Shown: positions 48,696 to 59,320 of the stretch, in pieces
How the letters are laid out: each line of letters begins with the position of its first letter
Position numbering within the stretch: the stretch's first letter is position 1
NCBI GenBank assembly: GCA_010093605.1
Contig: MU004190.1
Coordinates: forward strand, 1,757,599 to 1,821,598
Length of the DNA stretch: 64,000 bases
Direction: 5' to 3'
Source of the DNA: Lophium mytilinum
Taxonomy: Eukaryota
Notes under the pieces: generated by a model
Databases searched by the model: none
The model's input: the letters and a program-made list of their open reading frames with translations, nothing else
Told to the model about the DNA's origin: nothing
Translations under genes and position numbers: made by a program

Positions 48696-48839
48696 AAATG
48701 ATACAGTATTAAGACAATAGTTTGAGCGCTTCTTGTAACTGCTTGAAGAACCTATACATGTGATCAGAATATAGACACGATATTGGGTTCAATGTAGTGG
48801 GAAATATCCTGCTTTTCTAAGAAGAGCTAGATTCCTCGT

Positions 48840-49442
48840 TACCGCGGTGCCTGATCAGTAAAAGTGCGACAGAACTGTAATATATCCGTGTGTTCGAATG
48901 TATGATCTAGGCCTGTTGAAGATGGTACTGCCAGTCATCGAAACTTAGACTGCCTCGTAGTGATCTATGGTACCCGTGAGCATGTCGCTTACTCAAGGTC
49001 CGAAACGTATAGTGATAGGCGCTGTCGTAGAGCGGCGAGGGAATGTTGCGCCGGGTCGAGCGCCTCGGCTCCAGTCTGATTGAGGTCTTGCAGACGGTTC
49101 TTTGGAGGGATGTAGACGTAAGCTTCCGCCATTAAGGAAGCTGGCTTGTAATTGAGTTTACTGAAAAGGTTTTACTGACCAGATGCTAGTAGGAAGTGCG
49201 GATGGGGACAGGCGCGGGGGGACTCATGGAAGTGATGCTTTCTCGCCAAGCTAGCTTGAGGGTGAATAGCTCGACTCCCTACTCTCCTCTTCATTGACGA
49301 ACCCCTCTACATCTGAGGTTGGTGATTGCTGTCGGCGTGCCTGCTGCGTCTCTCCCTCCTTACCGTCGAAGTGCTCGTCTCTACATGCGAGGCTGGTGAT
49401 TGTTCCCTCCCTCCTCTGTGTAAAAGTACAGTTTGACACCAT
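48840..49442 (-). pseudogene. Possible decayed gene
   Basis: The MVSNCTF... frame continues past TAG/TGA/TAA stops as coding-like text (ASLMAEAYVYIPPKNRLQDLNQTGAEALDPAQHSLAALRQRLSLY). No family recognised. Confidence 0.3.
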
Positions 49443-49690
49443 TTGAGGTGGCGCTCAAAGCTTTTGTCTTAGTAAAACCGACCTTTCTCGATCTCTTTTG
49501 ACGTGCTACAGGACCCCAGACGGTGCTACGCTAGTGTACGAACAGCGTAGAGTCAAATACGACGGCCCAAAGGGTACCATTTCGCTTCTCGGTGTCTCTG
49601 TTTAAGTGTCATCAGGAACGGTGCCAGTGGCAGGTAGCTCATCAAGGTTGCAATAGTGTAGATTGTATTTCTGATTTGACTTCTACTACT

Positions 49691-50158
49691 TCAAGCTCCT
49701 GGAGCCGGAGGATCCTCCCAATCCGGCACTAAGAGCTTTAGAGCCTCGTCGCGCAGTTTCGTCGCTTCATTAGCTTCCTCAAGCGCCTTCTCTAACGCTC
49801 CTATCTGCCTCACAGCCCAGTCAGAATACCTATCGTACTTGGCGTTGAGCTTCTTGATTGTCGCGTCCTTTGCCCTGGACATAGCGTTGAGCTGCTTGAT
49901 GGTCGTGTGCCTTGCCTTGGACTCCTGAGTCCTCTCTGCCTGGACGTTCAAGAGGATTTCTTGTTGCTGCGCGACCTTTGCGTTAGATATCATAAGAGCC
50001 CTTTCAAGTTTCGCAACATCCCCCTTGTTTTCGGTTTGGAGGCGGTCTAGTCTGGCTTCGAGGGTCTCGATTTCGTGATCTCGTGCCCTAATTATTTCAT
50101 CCTTCTCTGCAATCTGTTGCTTGAGTTGCCATTCGGCAGATGCACCTGTCTCATCCAT
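49691..50158 (-). CDS. Hypothetical coiled-coil protein, 155 aa
   Basis: ORF with heptad-like E/K/Q/L/A composition throughout. Confidence 0.6.
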   Translation of the reverse strand: MDETGASAEWQLKQQIAEKDEIIRARDHEIETLEARLDRLQTENKGDVAKLERALMISNAKVAQQQEILLNVQAERTQESKARHTTIKQLNAMSRAKDATIKKLNAKYDRYSDWAVRQIGALEKALEEANEATKLRDEALKLLVPDWEDPPAPGA

Positions 50159-50284
50159 CCCGTCCGGCTCGTCGTCGTCTTAAGGCTGAGGCTGTGGTCT
50201 TCGTCTTGGCTTTGGCCTTCTCTTTCTTTCGGGGTATCTTGGTGAACGGCGAGGAGAAGAGGGAAAAACGGCGAAGGGCTTGAC

Positions 50285-50445
50285 CTTTGAGTAGGCAGGC
50301 GGGTAGAGGGTTCTTTGAGAGGTGATGAGAAGGACCGTAGCCTTTGGATAGGCAGGCGGGTAGAGGGTCCTTTGAGAGGCGGTGAGAATGAGAGTGACCG
50401 GAGCCTTTGAGCGGGCAGGCGGGCAGAGGATCCTTAGAAGAGAGG
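50285..50445. repeat. Three short tandem units (GGCAGGCGGG[T/C]AGAGG...)
   Basis: Three copies ~57-63 bp apart. They read SK(D/N)PLPAC three times on the minus strand. Confidence 0.75.
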
Positions 50446-50457
50446 TCCGATGACGGT

Positions 50458-50701
50458 GAAAACGGCAACCCTAAAACGGGCGCCTCAAAATCTGGAGAAA
50501 AAAAACAGCGGGTGCCCGAGAGCGAGGAGTATGAAAAGACAGAAAACGGCAACCCTAAAACGGGCGCCTCACAATCTGGAAACGACACGGAGCCCGAAAA
50601 CAAGGGGGGCGTGCGAGTGGCTCGTCTAGTCAATCACGCAGGTACTCTCAGAGAGAGTGGTCTGGACGATTGAAAACGGCAACCCTCAAACGGGCGCCTC
50701 A
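50458..50701. repeat. Three 30 bp direct repeats with mostly unrelated 54 and 100 bp spacers
   Basis: GAAAACGGCAACCCT[A/C]AAACGGGCGCCTCA at 50458, 50542 and 50672. Confidence 0.9.
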
Positions 50702-50799
50702 GAGCTTGATGAAAAAGAAGAGAAGTGGGCGATTTTCGCGATGTTATAATAGAGTTGCCGTTAGCGTCATTTCCACAATCACGTGATGTGACTTGGTAT

Positions 50800-51230
50800 A
50801 TGAGAGTTCGTCAACGGATGGAAGAACAGAAGAAATGTCGGCAGCAATGCACGCCTGCAGCAATCACCAGCGTCAGATGTAGAGGAAGCCGTCGGCGGAT
50901 TGGAGTTGCGGAGAAGGATGAAGTGATGGGGCGCGGTTTCATGAAATCGAAACGCTCCAAGCCAAACCAAAAACGAGCACATCCAAGCCGAGAACAAGTG
51001 CCTGAAGCCATATGGGAAACAAGCTAAAAGATTATGTAACTCAAGCAACTTGCTTACAAGTCTACTACGACGCGCAAGACGCTGATGGTCGAGACTCGGA
51101 AAGATCTGGCTATCGCTAAAAAGGAGCATAAGGCGAGGTTGTCACGCTAGGCAGAAAGAACGGTGGCACACTCCAGCAGCTCGATATCGTCTGAGGTGGC
51201 CTAGAGAGCTAATAGTCTTGCCAAAGTTGG
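50800..51230 (+). pseudogene. Possible RIP-damaged orphan gene
   Basis: Frame from the ATG at 50800 continues ...WETS*KIM*LKQLAYKSTTTRKTLMVETRKDLAIAKKEHKARLSR*AERT...EVA*RANSLAK. All four stops are TAA/TAG, as expected from CAA/CAG. Confidence 0.35.
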
Positions 51231-51955
51231 TATTTCTCGAATAGTAATGGCTTACTGAAGGACCTCAAACGGTGCCATATAAGCGAAAACACGCATAGAA
51301 AGAGTAGGTATACCTCACGGATTCGCAGAAAATCAATTTTTATTGCCACTCTCACGCTGTCTGAGGGTCGCTTGGGAAGGAGCTGTATCTGTCCGCCACT
51401 GCATGGGGTCCCTTAGCAAGTTTTTATAGCCCAGACCGAAAAGTCTCTATCTCATTTTCATCTTTCAAAAAACATTGAAGCACCACACGCAGCGGCAGAC
51501 AAGTGTATAAAGGGCAGAACAGCGTGCCACATTTCTCATGGTTCGCGTGGTTGTGAAACTTGAAAGAGTCCTCTTAACATTCAACGTCAACGTCGACCGT
51601 CAGGGCAGAGAAGATGGAGGATTCCAAGGCGAAGGCGGCGCTACCGACAAGCTCAACGGTGGATAGGAGTCCAATAGATGCAGACGAGTTCGGTGAAGAA
51701 AGGATGGAGGGAGGCACGTTGGAAGCAACCACTAGCCTTGGATGCAGGGGGGGAGTCGTCAACAGAGAGGAGGGAGGCAGGTCGACAGCAACTACCTACC
51801 TCAGATGCAGATACGGATATGGAGACGATGAGATAGGGTTGAGTTCTCTTGATTTATCATTTTCTATAGAATTCCACGTCGTTCCTGTCATTTTGGCTGT
51901 CCCTCCCAACTCTTCGTCTCTAGAACTGGAGAACGTCCGGAACCCTACCGCCCGC

Positions 51956-52873
51956 TCACCTCCTGCTGCGCTTTGCCGCGTTGATGTCCTCGTCGTCGAC
52001 CTCATCTTGACCAAGGCACTGGGATGACGTACGCGTTCGAATTGTGAGGGGACCGATGGGTGTGATTGGGGCAGGGGGAGCTGAGTATGGTGACTGGAAG
52101 GGGGAAGGTGCGTAGGCTGGCAATTCTTCCCTGAGTCCGGTCGGTCTTCCCAAGGATGAAGTCCGGTCGAGCCTTTGTCCGACATCATTGCGAGCCTTCT
52201 TCCTCAGTTTCTTCAGAGCAGTCTTAGTGAGGCGGGGATTTGAGGTGATTAGACCTGACTGAGACTGAGTGGTGTGGCGTTGGGCGGGTGGCACACCACC
52301 GCGGCGAGACACCAAGAATTCTTCTAACAACCGCAAGCCCTCAGCAACTGCCTGCTTTGATCCGTACTTGACGAGGATGCTGAGGAGCGCGGTCCAGATG
52401 TCTTGAAGATGGTGATCAGTCGCACATGTACCGCCGGTCTCTCCGCTCGGGTTGGGATCGAGAAGCTCACGCTCATAGTGGCGAAACACAGCAAGGACAT
52501 CGTCATCCATGGTGTCATTGGAGAAAGTTCGATTCGGTCGGCTAGCGGGGATTTGGTGGCGAGTGTGGAGTTGAAGTTTAGTCAGGAGCCGTTGAAGCGT
52601 CTGACCGAGAGCGTTGACAATCCATGTCTGGTCCGGAGAGATCTGTGACCGCACTCTTTCGTCTTGGATTGTGTTGTAGACCATAGTCAGGTATTGATGA
52701 GTGGCAGTGGATCCGCGGCCGAACCTCAACCTCATCTCTTTCAGTGTCTCACCGTTATTGACTGCGATTTCTCGCTCCTTTCGAAGCACTTTAGTTTCAG
52801 TCGACAACTGGTCTGAGTCTGGCGCTCCCTGAGAGCCGCTCGCGAAGAGATTGGAGGGATCTGGCTGGGCCAT
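51956..52873 (-). CDS. Hypothetical protein, about 305 aa (may splice further 3')
   Basis: ATG at 52873 after a pyrimidine-rich leader. Basic stretch KTALKKLRKKAR. The stop lies inside a GTGAGC donor-like site. Confidence 0.55.
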   Translation of the reverse strand: MAQPDPSNLFASGSQGAPDSDQLSTETKVLRKEREIAVNNGETLKEMRLRFGRGSTATHQYLTMVYNTIQDERVRSQISPDQTWIVNALGQTLQRLLTKLQLHTRHQIPASRPNRTFSNDTMDDDVLAVFRHYERELLDPNPSGETGGTCATDHHLQDIWTALLSILVKYGSKQAVAEGLRLLEEFLVSRRGGVPPAQRHTTQSQSGLITSNPRLTKTALKKLRKKARNDVGQRLDRTSSLGRPTGLREELPAYAPSPFQSPYSAPPAPITPIGPLTIRTRTSSQCLGQDEVDDEDINAAKRSRR

Positions 52874-53452
52874 CTTGAGGGAAGGATCGTTCGTTGTTTG
52901 AGAAAGGAGGCTTGTGTGGTCGAGTCTTAGACAAGGTGGGCAAGAGAGGTGGAAGAGGAAGATGGACGAGAGCAAGAAGGTGGAAATCTAGAAAAGTAGA
53001 TATCTCACTTCACTGTCCTCGCTTACGCTAACCGCTAGCGTCTTGGCGACAAATTTCCTGTTCAAAAGCAGGCCACGCCAGTCATCCTCCTTCGTCCTAC
53101 ACCGAACCTTCGCTCTTCCACCTCACTCTTCTTCATCACTCAGCCATCATCAAAACTTCCTGCTGCTTTAAAATGCTCTTGCACTGGTAAGGATTCTTCA
53201 ACTCTGCCCTGTTTCCATCCGAGGTTTCACTGACCCAGCAACAGTTGCCATGCCGAACTCTCTCTGTCTATAACGACTTATCCATCCGCTGGACTCCCAG
53301 GTCTTGGTGCGCTGTCTACAGCGTTTCTACAAAGGCAAGTTCTGCTCGTCGGACCTGCTCCTTCGCATCACTCCCCTCGTTCCATACTCTCGTCGGTTAA
53401 GCAGAATCTGGGTCCTGCGGTCCGGTGCCAGTGTGTCCAGTGTGGTCTGATC

Positions 53453-53753
53453 CTTGCGCCGAGTCTGGGGAGTGTGATTGCTTCCGGCTGTCTTCGGATT
53501 GCTTCCGGCTTTCGCATTTGCTCCTCGAAATCAATGGCAGGCGAAATGGGCTACAGATCACACGACGTTCGCAATTGGTATCCGCACGTTCTCCTCACTG
53601 TTTCTCTGTATCTGTGTTCTGGGCGCTGCGCGGTTCCTGTGGTGTTCACTGTGTGTCGAGTCTTGCGCCGAGTCTGGGGAGTGCGATTGCTTCCGGCTGT
53701 CTTCGGATTGCTTCCGGCTTTCGCATTTGCTCTCCGAAATCAATGGCAGGCGA
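53453..53753. repeat. Direct duplication (about 92 bp near-identical, 209 bp period) with an internal GATTGCTTCCGGCT doublet
   Basis: Copies at 53453-53544 and 53662-53753, plus a degenerate third near 53881-53990. Confidence 0.9.
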
Positions 53754-55177
53754 TCTGGACTATGGAGGCACACACGACGCTCACTCAGGTTTCTGTACGC
53801 CCATCACGTGTACATTTCTAAATGGCGTCAGCATCGTTGAAGGTTCAGTGTAAGTCGTCCAGTGTTCAATGTGGGCCGCGTCCTTGCGCTGAGTTTCAGT
53901 CCTACTCGCCCGACTGGAGCCCAAGCCTGGGGAGTCTAGTGCTCTTCGTATGATGGCAAGCGAAATAGGCGACGGTTCACATGACGCTCGCTGGCGATTC
54001 TCTTGAATTGACATGGCTGGCACCTTGGGTTGGCCCGTTAGGTTTGGTGTATTCATGCGCACGCGTGGTTTCAGATCTTGCTCAGCCCAAAAAGCTGACA
54101 CTTGAATTTCCTGCAGGTTCGAACCCCGAAGACCTAATCACCATCCAATGCTCCAATACCTTGAGAGGCTTCCGAGCTTTTCGAGCCTTCCGAGTTCAAA
54201 GTTACGCTTGAGGCATCCCTATGGCTGGCCAAGGGAAGAGCACCACAAAGATGAAGGAACGAGTTGGATACTTTACAATTTTGAATGGCATATGGCGCTG
54301 GAAACAGGACTCGGAAAGAATTGATGGGATGGCTGGGGAAGTCCGGGCACAGAGATGATAGGAAAACTTACTACATATTTTCGCAGCCAAACTATGTCGC
54401 GCAATCGATATGCACACTTGCAGTGTTGAATTCTTCAATTTGCCATAGTTCAATAGTCTTGAATCTTGTAACCACCGTGAAAAGGCAATTCAAACCATGC
54501 TACTCAGTACTCATACTGCGCTCCGCACACTCCAATCGGTATAACTTCTGCCTCTGCCATTACTAATACCACCTTACAGTACCAATGCGCCTGAGCAACG
54601 GCGGGAAGAGGCAAAGATGGCGCCTTTGTTCTACACTTCATCAATGCTGTCTAAGGGCCATACTCTAGGATTCACAGTCTTTACTTTGCAGATGTTCCCT
54701 CGCAAAAGAGTGGATACCACAGAGCCTTACAGGTGAATCGAGGACCTCAATGGCTTTATAGAACGCATAGTTTGAGTCACACATCACGTCATCACGCAGA
54801 AGAGGCATTTGGTGGAAATAGGAGCCTCGTTAAAAACCCCCTCTTAGAAGCCTCAATAAGGATCGAAGAGGGGGAAAAGAGAACTACAAACATATAAGTA
54901 TACATAATTGAAACGCCGAAACCTTAGTCCTTAGAACGTCCTAGAAGAGTTTTCTCCAATTAAGGCTACGACTCTGGAGGAACGAACTTCGGATACACCG
55001 CCTGACTGAAGATTGTATGTGTTGAGAGGTAGTTGAAAGAGGCGGTATCGAGCTTAGCGTGGCTCAGAATTCATAGCAGAGATGGTGTTGCTTGTTCGAT
55101 TTCGGCCGGAGGTTGGACCACTATCGATGGATAAGAGTTTCTACAACTCACCATTCGCAGAGTACTAAAGAAGTCCA

Positions 55178-55560
55178 TACGAGCGCTGACTCATCCCGCT
55201 AACGTGGGATCTCCCGCTGTCGGAGTATGTGTTGCTGCCGAGAGACATCCCGCTAACGTGGAACATCTCGCTGTCGCTATCCATTCTCCAGGCGCTAAGG
55301 AGCAAGAGTGAGATCTAATGAGCCTTCTCCAGTAGTATCCACTACTACGTGAGGGCTGCAAGTCACTGTTCATAGATTACCAAATAGGCTTGTACGAGCG
55401 CTGACTCATTCCGCTAACGTGGAATCTCCCGCTGTCGGAGTATGTGTTGCTGCCGAAAGACATCCCGCTAACGTGGAACATCTCGCTGTCGCTATCCATC
55501 CTCCAGGCGCTAAGGAGCAAGAGTAAGATCTAACGAGCTGTCCTCAGTAATAACTACTAC
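55178..55560. repeat. Direct duplication (215 bp period) with internal CCGCTAACGTGG doublets
   Basis: Copies start at 55178 and 55393 (TACGAGCGCTGACTCAT...CCAGGCGCTAAGGAGCAAGAGT). Confidence 0.9.
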
Positions 55561-55799
55561 TTCGTGAAGAGCTGCAGAAACTGCCCGGTGACTGGAACGA
55601 TTGTTACTCCCTAGAAATGCCCCAGGCTCCGACAGACTGTAATGTGCAGACCCGACAGAAGTCGCTCGTACGCATCAGGCTCTGTGGACTGTAAAGAAGC
55701 CTCATCCGAGGTCGTCGTCTAGATGTCTCCGTCGCAGCCATGAGGGAACTTCGAGGTGTAACTCCTTCAGTAATCTTGATCAACGCGGACTCCCGCCCA

Positions 55800-56290
55800 T
55801 ACAGACTGTAGAGTGACTTTTCACAGAAAATCCCCGATAGAGCCCCGCCAGGCACCGCAGACTGTAGAGTGACCTTACGGCCCCGCCAGGCACTGCAGAC
55901 TGTAGAGTGGCTTTCTCAAAGGAAACCCGATCCCGGTCCCGCCAGGCACTGTATGGACCTTTGCGAAGTATGTAGAGTGACCTCCACCGAGCAAGCTCGG
56001 TCCGGTCCCGCCAGGCACTATTCGCAGAGCCAGCTAGAGGAAGAGAAGCGACAAGTTACGTCGGGAGAAACCCTGCACAATGAACCAACACCTTCGATGA
56101 TCCTGATGCTCGCAACCTCCCGGCCAGCACAGACTGTACAGTGATTTTCTAGGAGTGAGTCGCGGCAGGCACTGTGTCAGGCCCCATGCGAAGTATGTAG
56201 AGTGACCTCCACCGAGCAAGCTCGGTCCGGCCCCGCCAGGCACAACGCATGGCCAGCTATAGGAAGAGGAAGCGACAGGTCACGTCTGGT
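55800..56290. repeat. Nested repeat cluster (225 bp period plus short CCGCCAGGCAC and CAGACTGTAGAGTG units)
   Basis: A 57 bp block (TGCGAAGTATGTAGAGTGACCTCCACCGAGCAAGCTCGGTCCGG[T/C]CCCGCCAGGCAC) at 55962 and 56187, with multiple shorter units at 55800-55950. Confidence 0.85.
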
Positions 56291-56800
56291 GAGGACACTG
56301 CATCAAGTTATCAAAGCAGGCCGGGAAGTGAAGACTTAGTGGCTGGAGATCAAGACAGTTCTCGATATCGGGAAGGGGTATTTGCTGGTGATGTTGGTTG
56401 GCTGGTGAAAGAGCTGTGGAAATTAGCTTTTGACTTGTGGGAGAGACTTAAGTGTTGCGCGATTTACCCACTTGGATGCGATTCTGTACTTGAAGACGTG
56501 TGCGGCAAAAGCAGATGCTGCGATGCTGCGATGTTGCGAGAGGTGGATGGTGGTAAAAGGAATTGGTGGCAACGGCCGCTGATTATGAAGTGGGTTCTTG
56601 TTTCGTGGAGGGCGTGAAAGTGCAAAAGGCTTCAGAAGTACGTCGCGCTAAGGACGTCACGAGTTTCACATGATTTAGTGTGCCAAGGTATTTAGCGTCG
56701 ACCAAAAGCAGCTTTTCAGAAGTAGGTAGTTCCTCGTCCTGGACAACCACACATGCTACATTTTCCTCCTGCAACATAGTGAGAGCTGATAGCTGCACCG

Positions 56801-58927
56801 ATGGCCCCCTTCCCAAGCAAAGCAACTTCACCCTTGAGTGGCAGTCGTTCTGAAGTATCTGCGGGCTCTGGCGACGTGGTAAGGGTTTTACTTCAAGCCA
56901 AGCTATCGATCGTGTTTTGACTTCTGTACCAGGCATCCCCATTCATCCACGGCTGGTGCGGGGCTAAGTTTGGCACCGCCAATGACGTTCGACGTCATCA
57001 CTTCGGCATTGGCTGCACGGGAGGAGGTTGTTGGGTAAAGAATGGTAGTCCTCCAGATATCTTTTGGTAAGCACATTCAATACTTCTCGGCTACCTCAGA
57101 ATGCCGCAATCGCAGCTCACGGTCTTTTGAAGGAATGACCATAGGTCGTGCTGGAAAAACGGAGTGAAAGAATGGAGTGACAACCATAATCCCGAAGCTC
57201 GCGCTGTGCTAAGCGAGGCTGACGTATCTCACGTGACTGCCTGCACCAGCATTAAAACTAAGGTCCCCTACTATTTCCACAAGATTCACGCACCCAACCA
57301 CCCACCTCGTGGCACCGAGCATCTCTCTACAGAGTCAACCATGTCAACAACATCTCACAGAGGCCAGATCCTCCCACTTGGCATCAACAATATGGCCAGC
57401 CACGACGGCGAGGGTGGTAGCGTCAGCAATCGGAACGGTGACGACCATAACAGCGATGGAAACAATAACAGCACTGATTCCATGAGTGGCTACGGACCGG
57501 TATGCTTTTACGACTTATTTGCCTATTGAGAACTCCTACTAATAATCATAAAGGGGCCATACTACCATGGCCTGTGCGTGAAGGAGTTCGCGAGTCCAGC
57601 CGCAGTTCGACATCATCATTTCGGCTCTGGAAATGCAACCGGCGGTTGTTGGGCGAAAAATGGCCGTCCTGCCCAGCGTTTCTGGTATGATCTATCCAGA
57701 TATTTTGAGCATATGAGACAGTCGAGCTTACGATTATATAGGAACGACCATGAATCCTGCTGGAGAGACGAGCGCAAAGAGTGGAGTGATAACAACAACC
57801 CCGAAGCTTGCGACCCACTCAGCGTCCGCGGTCCCAGCCTTACAGCCACCAACGCTACCCATGATCCGTCAGATAGCAACGACCATCCAGAGGCAACAGG
57901 ACAAGCGGCCAATCCAGACACTCAGAGTACGCCTGTGGGCCGCGCTAGGGAAGGTGCCGCTCGAGTGTTCTCTGCCTTCCAACCTGGCCGGCGGTCATTG
58001 CAGCGACTCCAGCTCCGATACGAGAGCTTCAGTCAGAGACCTCTCGATAGGTACCTACTTCTGCTCTCGCGGAGACTACAGCAACAGTTCGAAAAGGGAG
58101 AAGGGGAGAAGAAGACTGTGGATGAAGATGTTGTCCACCTACTGCAGAAGAAGGCCGCCTCGGACCCGTTGGTGCTTTCACACTTCGATACTGCTCGAAC
58201 CGACGACGAATTGATCATGGTGCTGCTTGAAGTATATGAGATAGAGATCACGACCCGTGCCTTGTCTCTATCAATGGCGAGGAAGGCCTGGTGGGAGACG
58301 CTCGGTCTCCTCGATACTTATGGAGAGGACAAAGAGTACATACTTGGACTCCAGCTCCGAGACGAGTGGACCCGGAGCACCTTAGCCAACGCTGCTGCTC
58401 CTACGCGCTCGCAGCAACAACAAGAACCGCCTGTTGTACATCCACAACAGCAGGCGCGTCCGCCAGCTCCGCGCCCAGAATCGACCTCCTTGAACCGAGA
58501 ACGACCATCGCCTGCCCACACAGAGCGGGCGCCACTTGATTTCCGAAAACAACTCCCTAGTCTCCACCAAGAACTACGCTCTCGTCTCCACCAACAACAA
58601 CTCCCTCACCTTGATCAACAACAGCGTCCTCCGTACCAACAGCATCAGAACCAGCCAGCACAGCTCCCAGCACGGCTCCCAGGACAGCTCCCATCACAGC
58701 TCCCATCAGTCCCAGAGTCTGACGACGTCGTTTCCGAAACGCACTCTACTGACATGGAGCTCGATTATGACACTGAATCCGAGCCCAGTGTGACTCAAAA
58801 GCGGGCGGCTGAGGAGGCTCCAGGTAGTGACGAAGGTACGCCAAAGCGAAAGAAGCAGGGCCCGAAAGCAGCCCGTCAGGTGCGTCCGTCGCGAAATCGA
58901 GTTCAACTACGCTCTCGTAAGGCTTGA
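56801..58927 (+). CDS. Hypothetical nuclear protein with two His/Cys zinc-finger-like modules and a Q/P-rich tail, 5 exons, ~631 aa
   Basis: Exons 56801-56878, 56933-57066, 57133-57499, 57554-57684 and 57742-58927, all in frame. The module HGxCxxxFxxxxxVRxHHFGxGxxxGGCWxKNGxPxxxFWNDHxSCW occurs twice. NLS-like PKRKKQ. An alternative start near 57392 is possible. Confidence 0.65.
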
Positions 58928-59320
58928 AGTGCGCTTTCGGGGCCAGGTCTTGTGGACCAGGTTGAAGCACTGCGGGGCTTACAAAAGGCCGGAAGGGGTT
59001 CTGGTGGCAGGAGGTTCGGTGCAATGTTTCTCGATCCTGGTTCTGATTTTGAGTGGTTGAGGTAGGGCAGATAGAAACGACCTTTGAATGAGAACCTTGA
59101 AAATCACTTTGGAATAACCTCGTAATGTTTAAAGTGGCTCGACACTGTGAGACAGATACATACATAATGGCAAGGTAATGACCCTTTAAAGTGGGACTTG
59201 CAAGTCAGGATATATCTACTCGTTTGCCGCCGTATGGAATGCCTCAACACCGTGAAACTTACATGGACAAAAGAAACAGCAGCTAACTTCAATATGGACC
59301 TCTCAGTCAGATCGTTCCCT

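Noticed and set aside
50458..50701. CRISPR array
   Set aside because: Only three repeats, spacers of unequal length (54 and 100 bp), no cas genes, and a fungal context.
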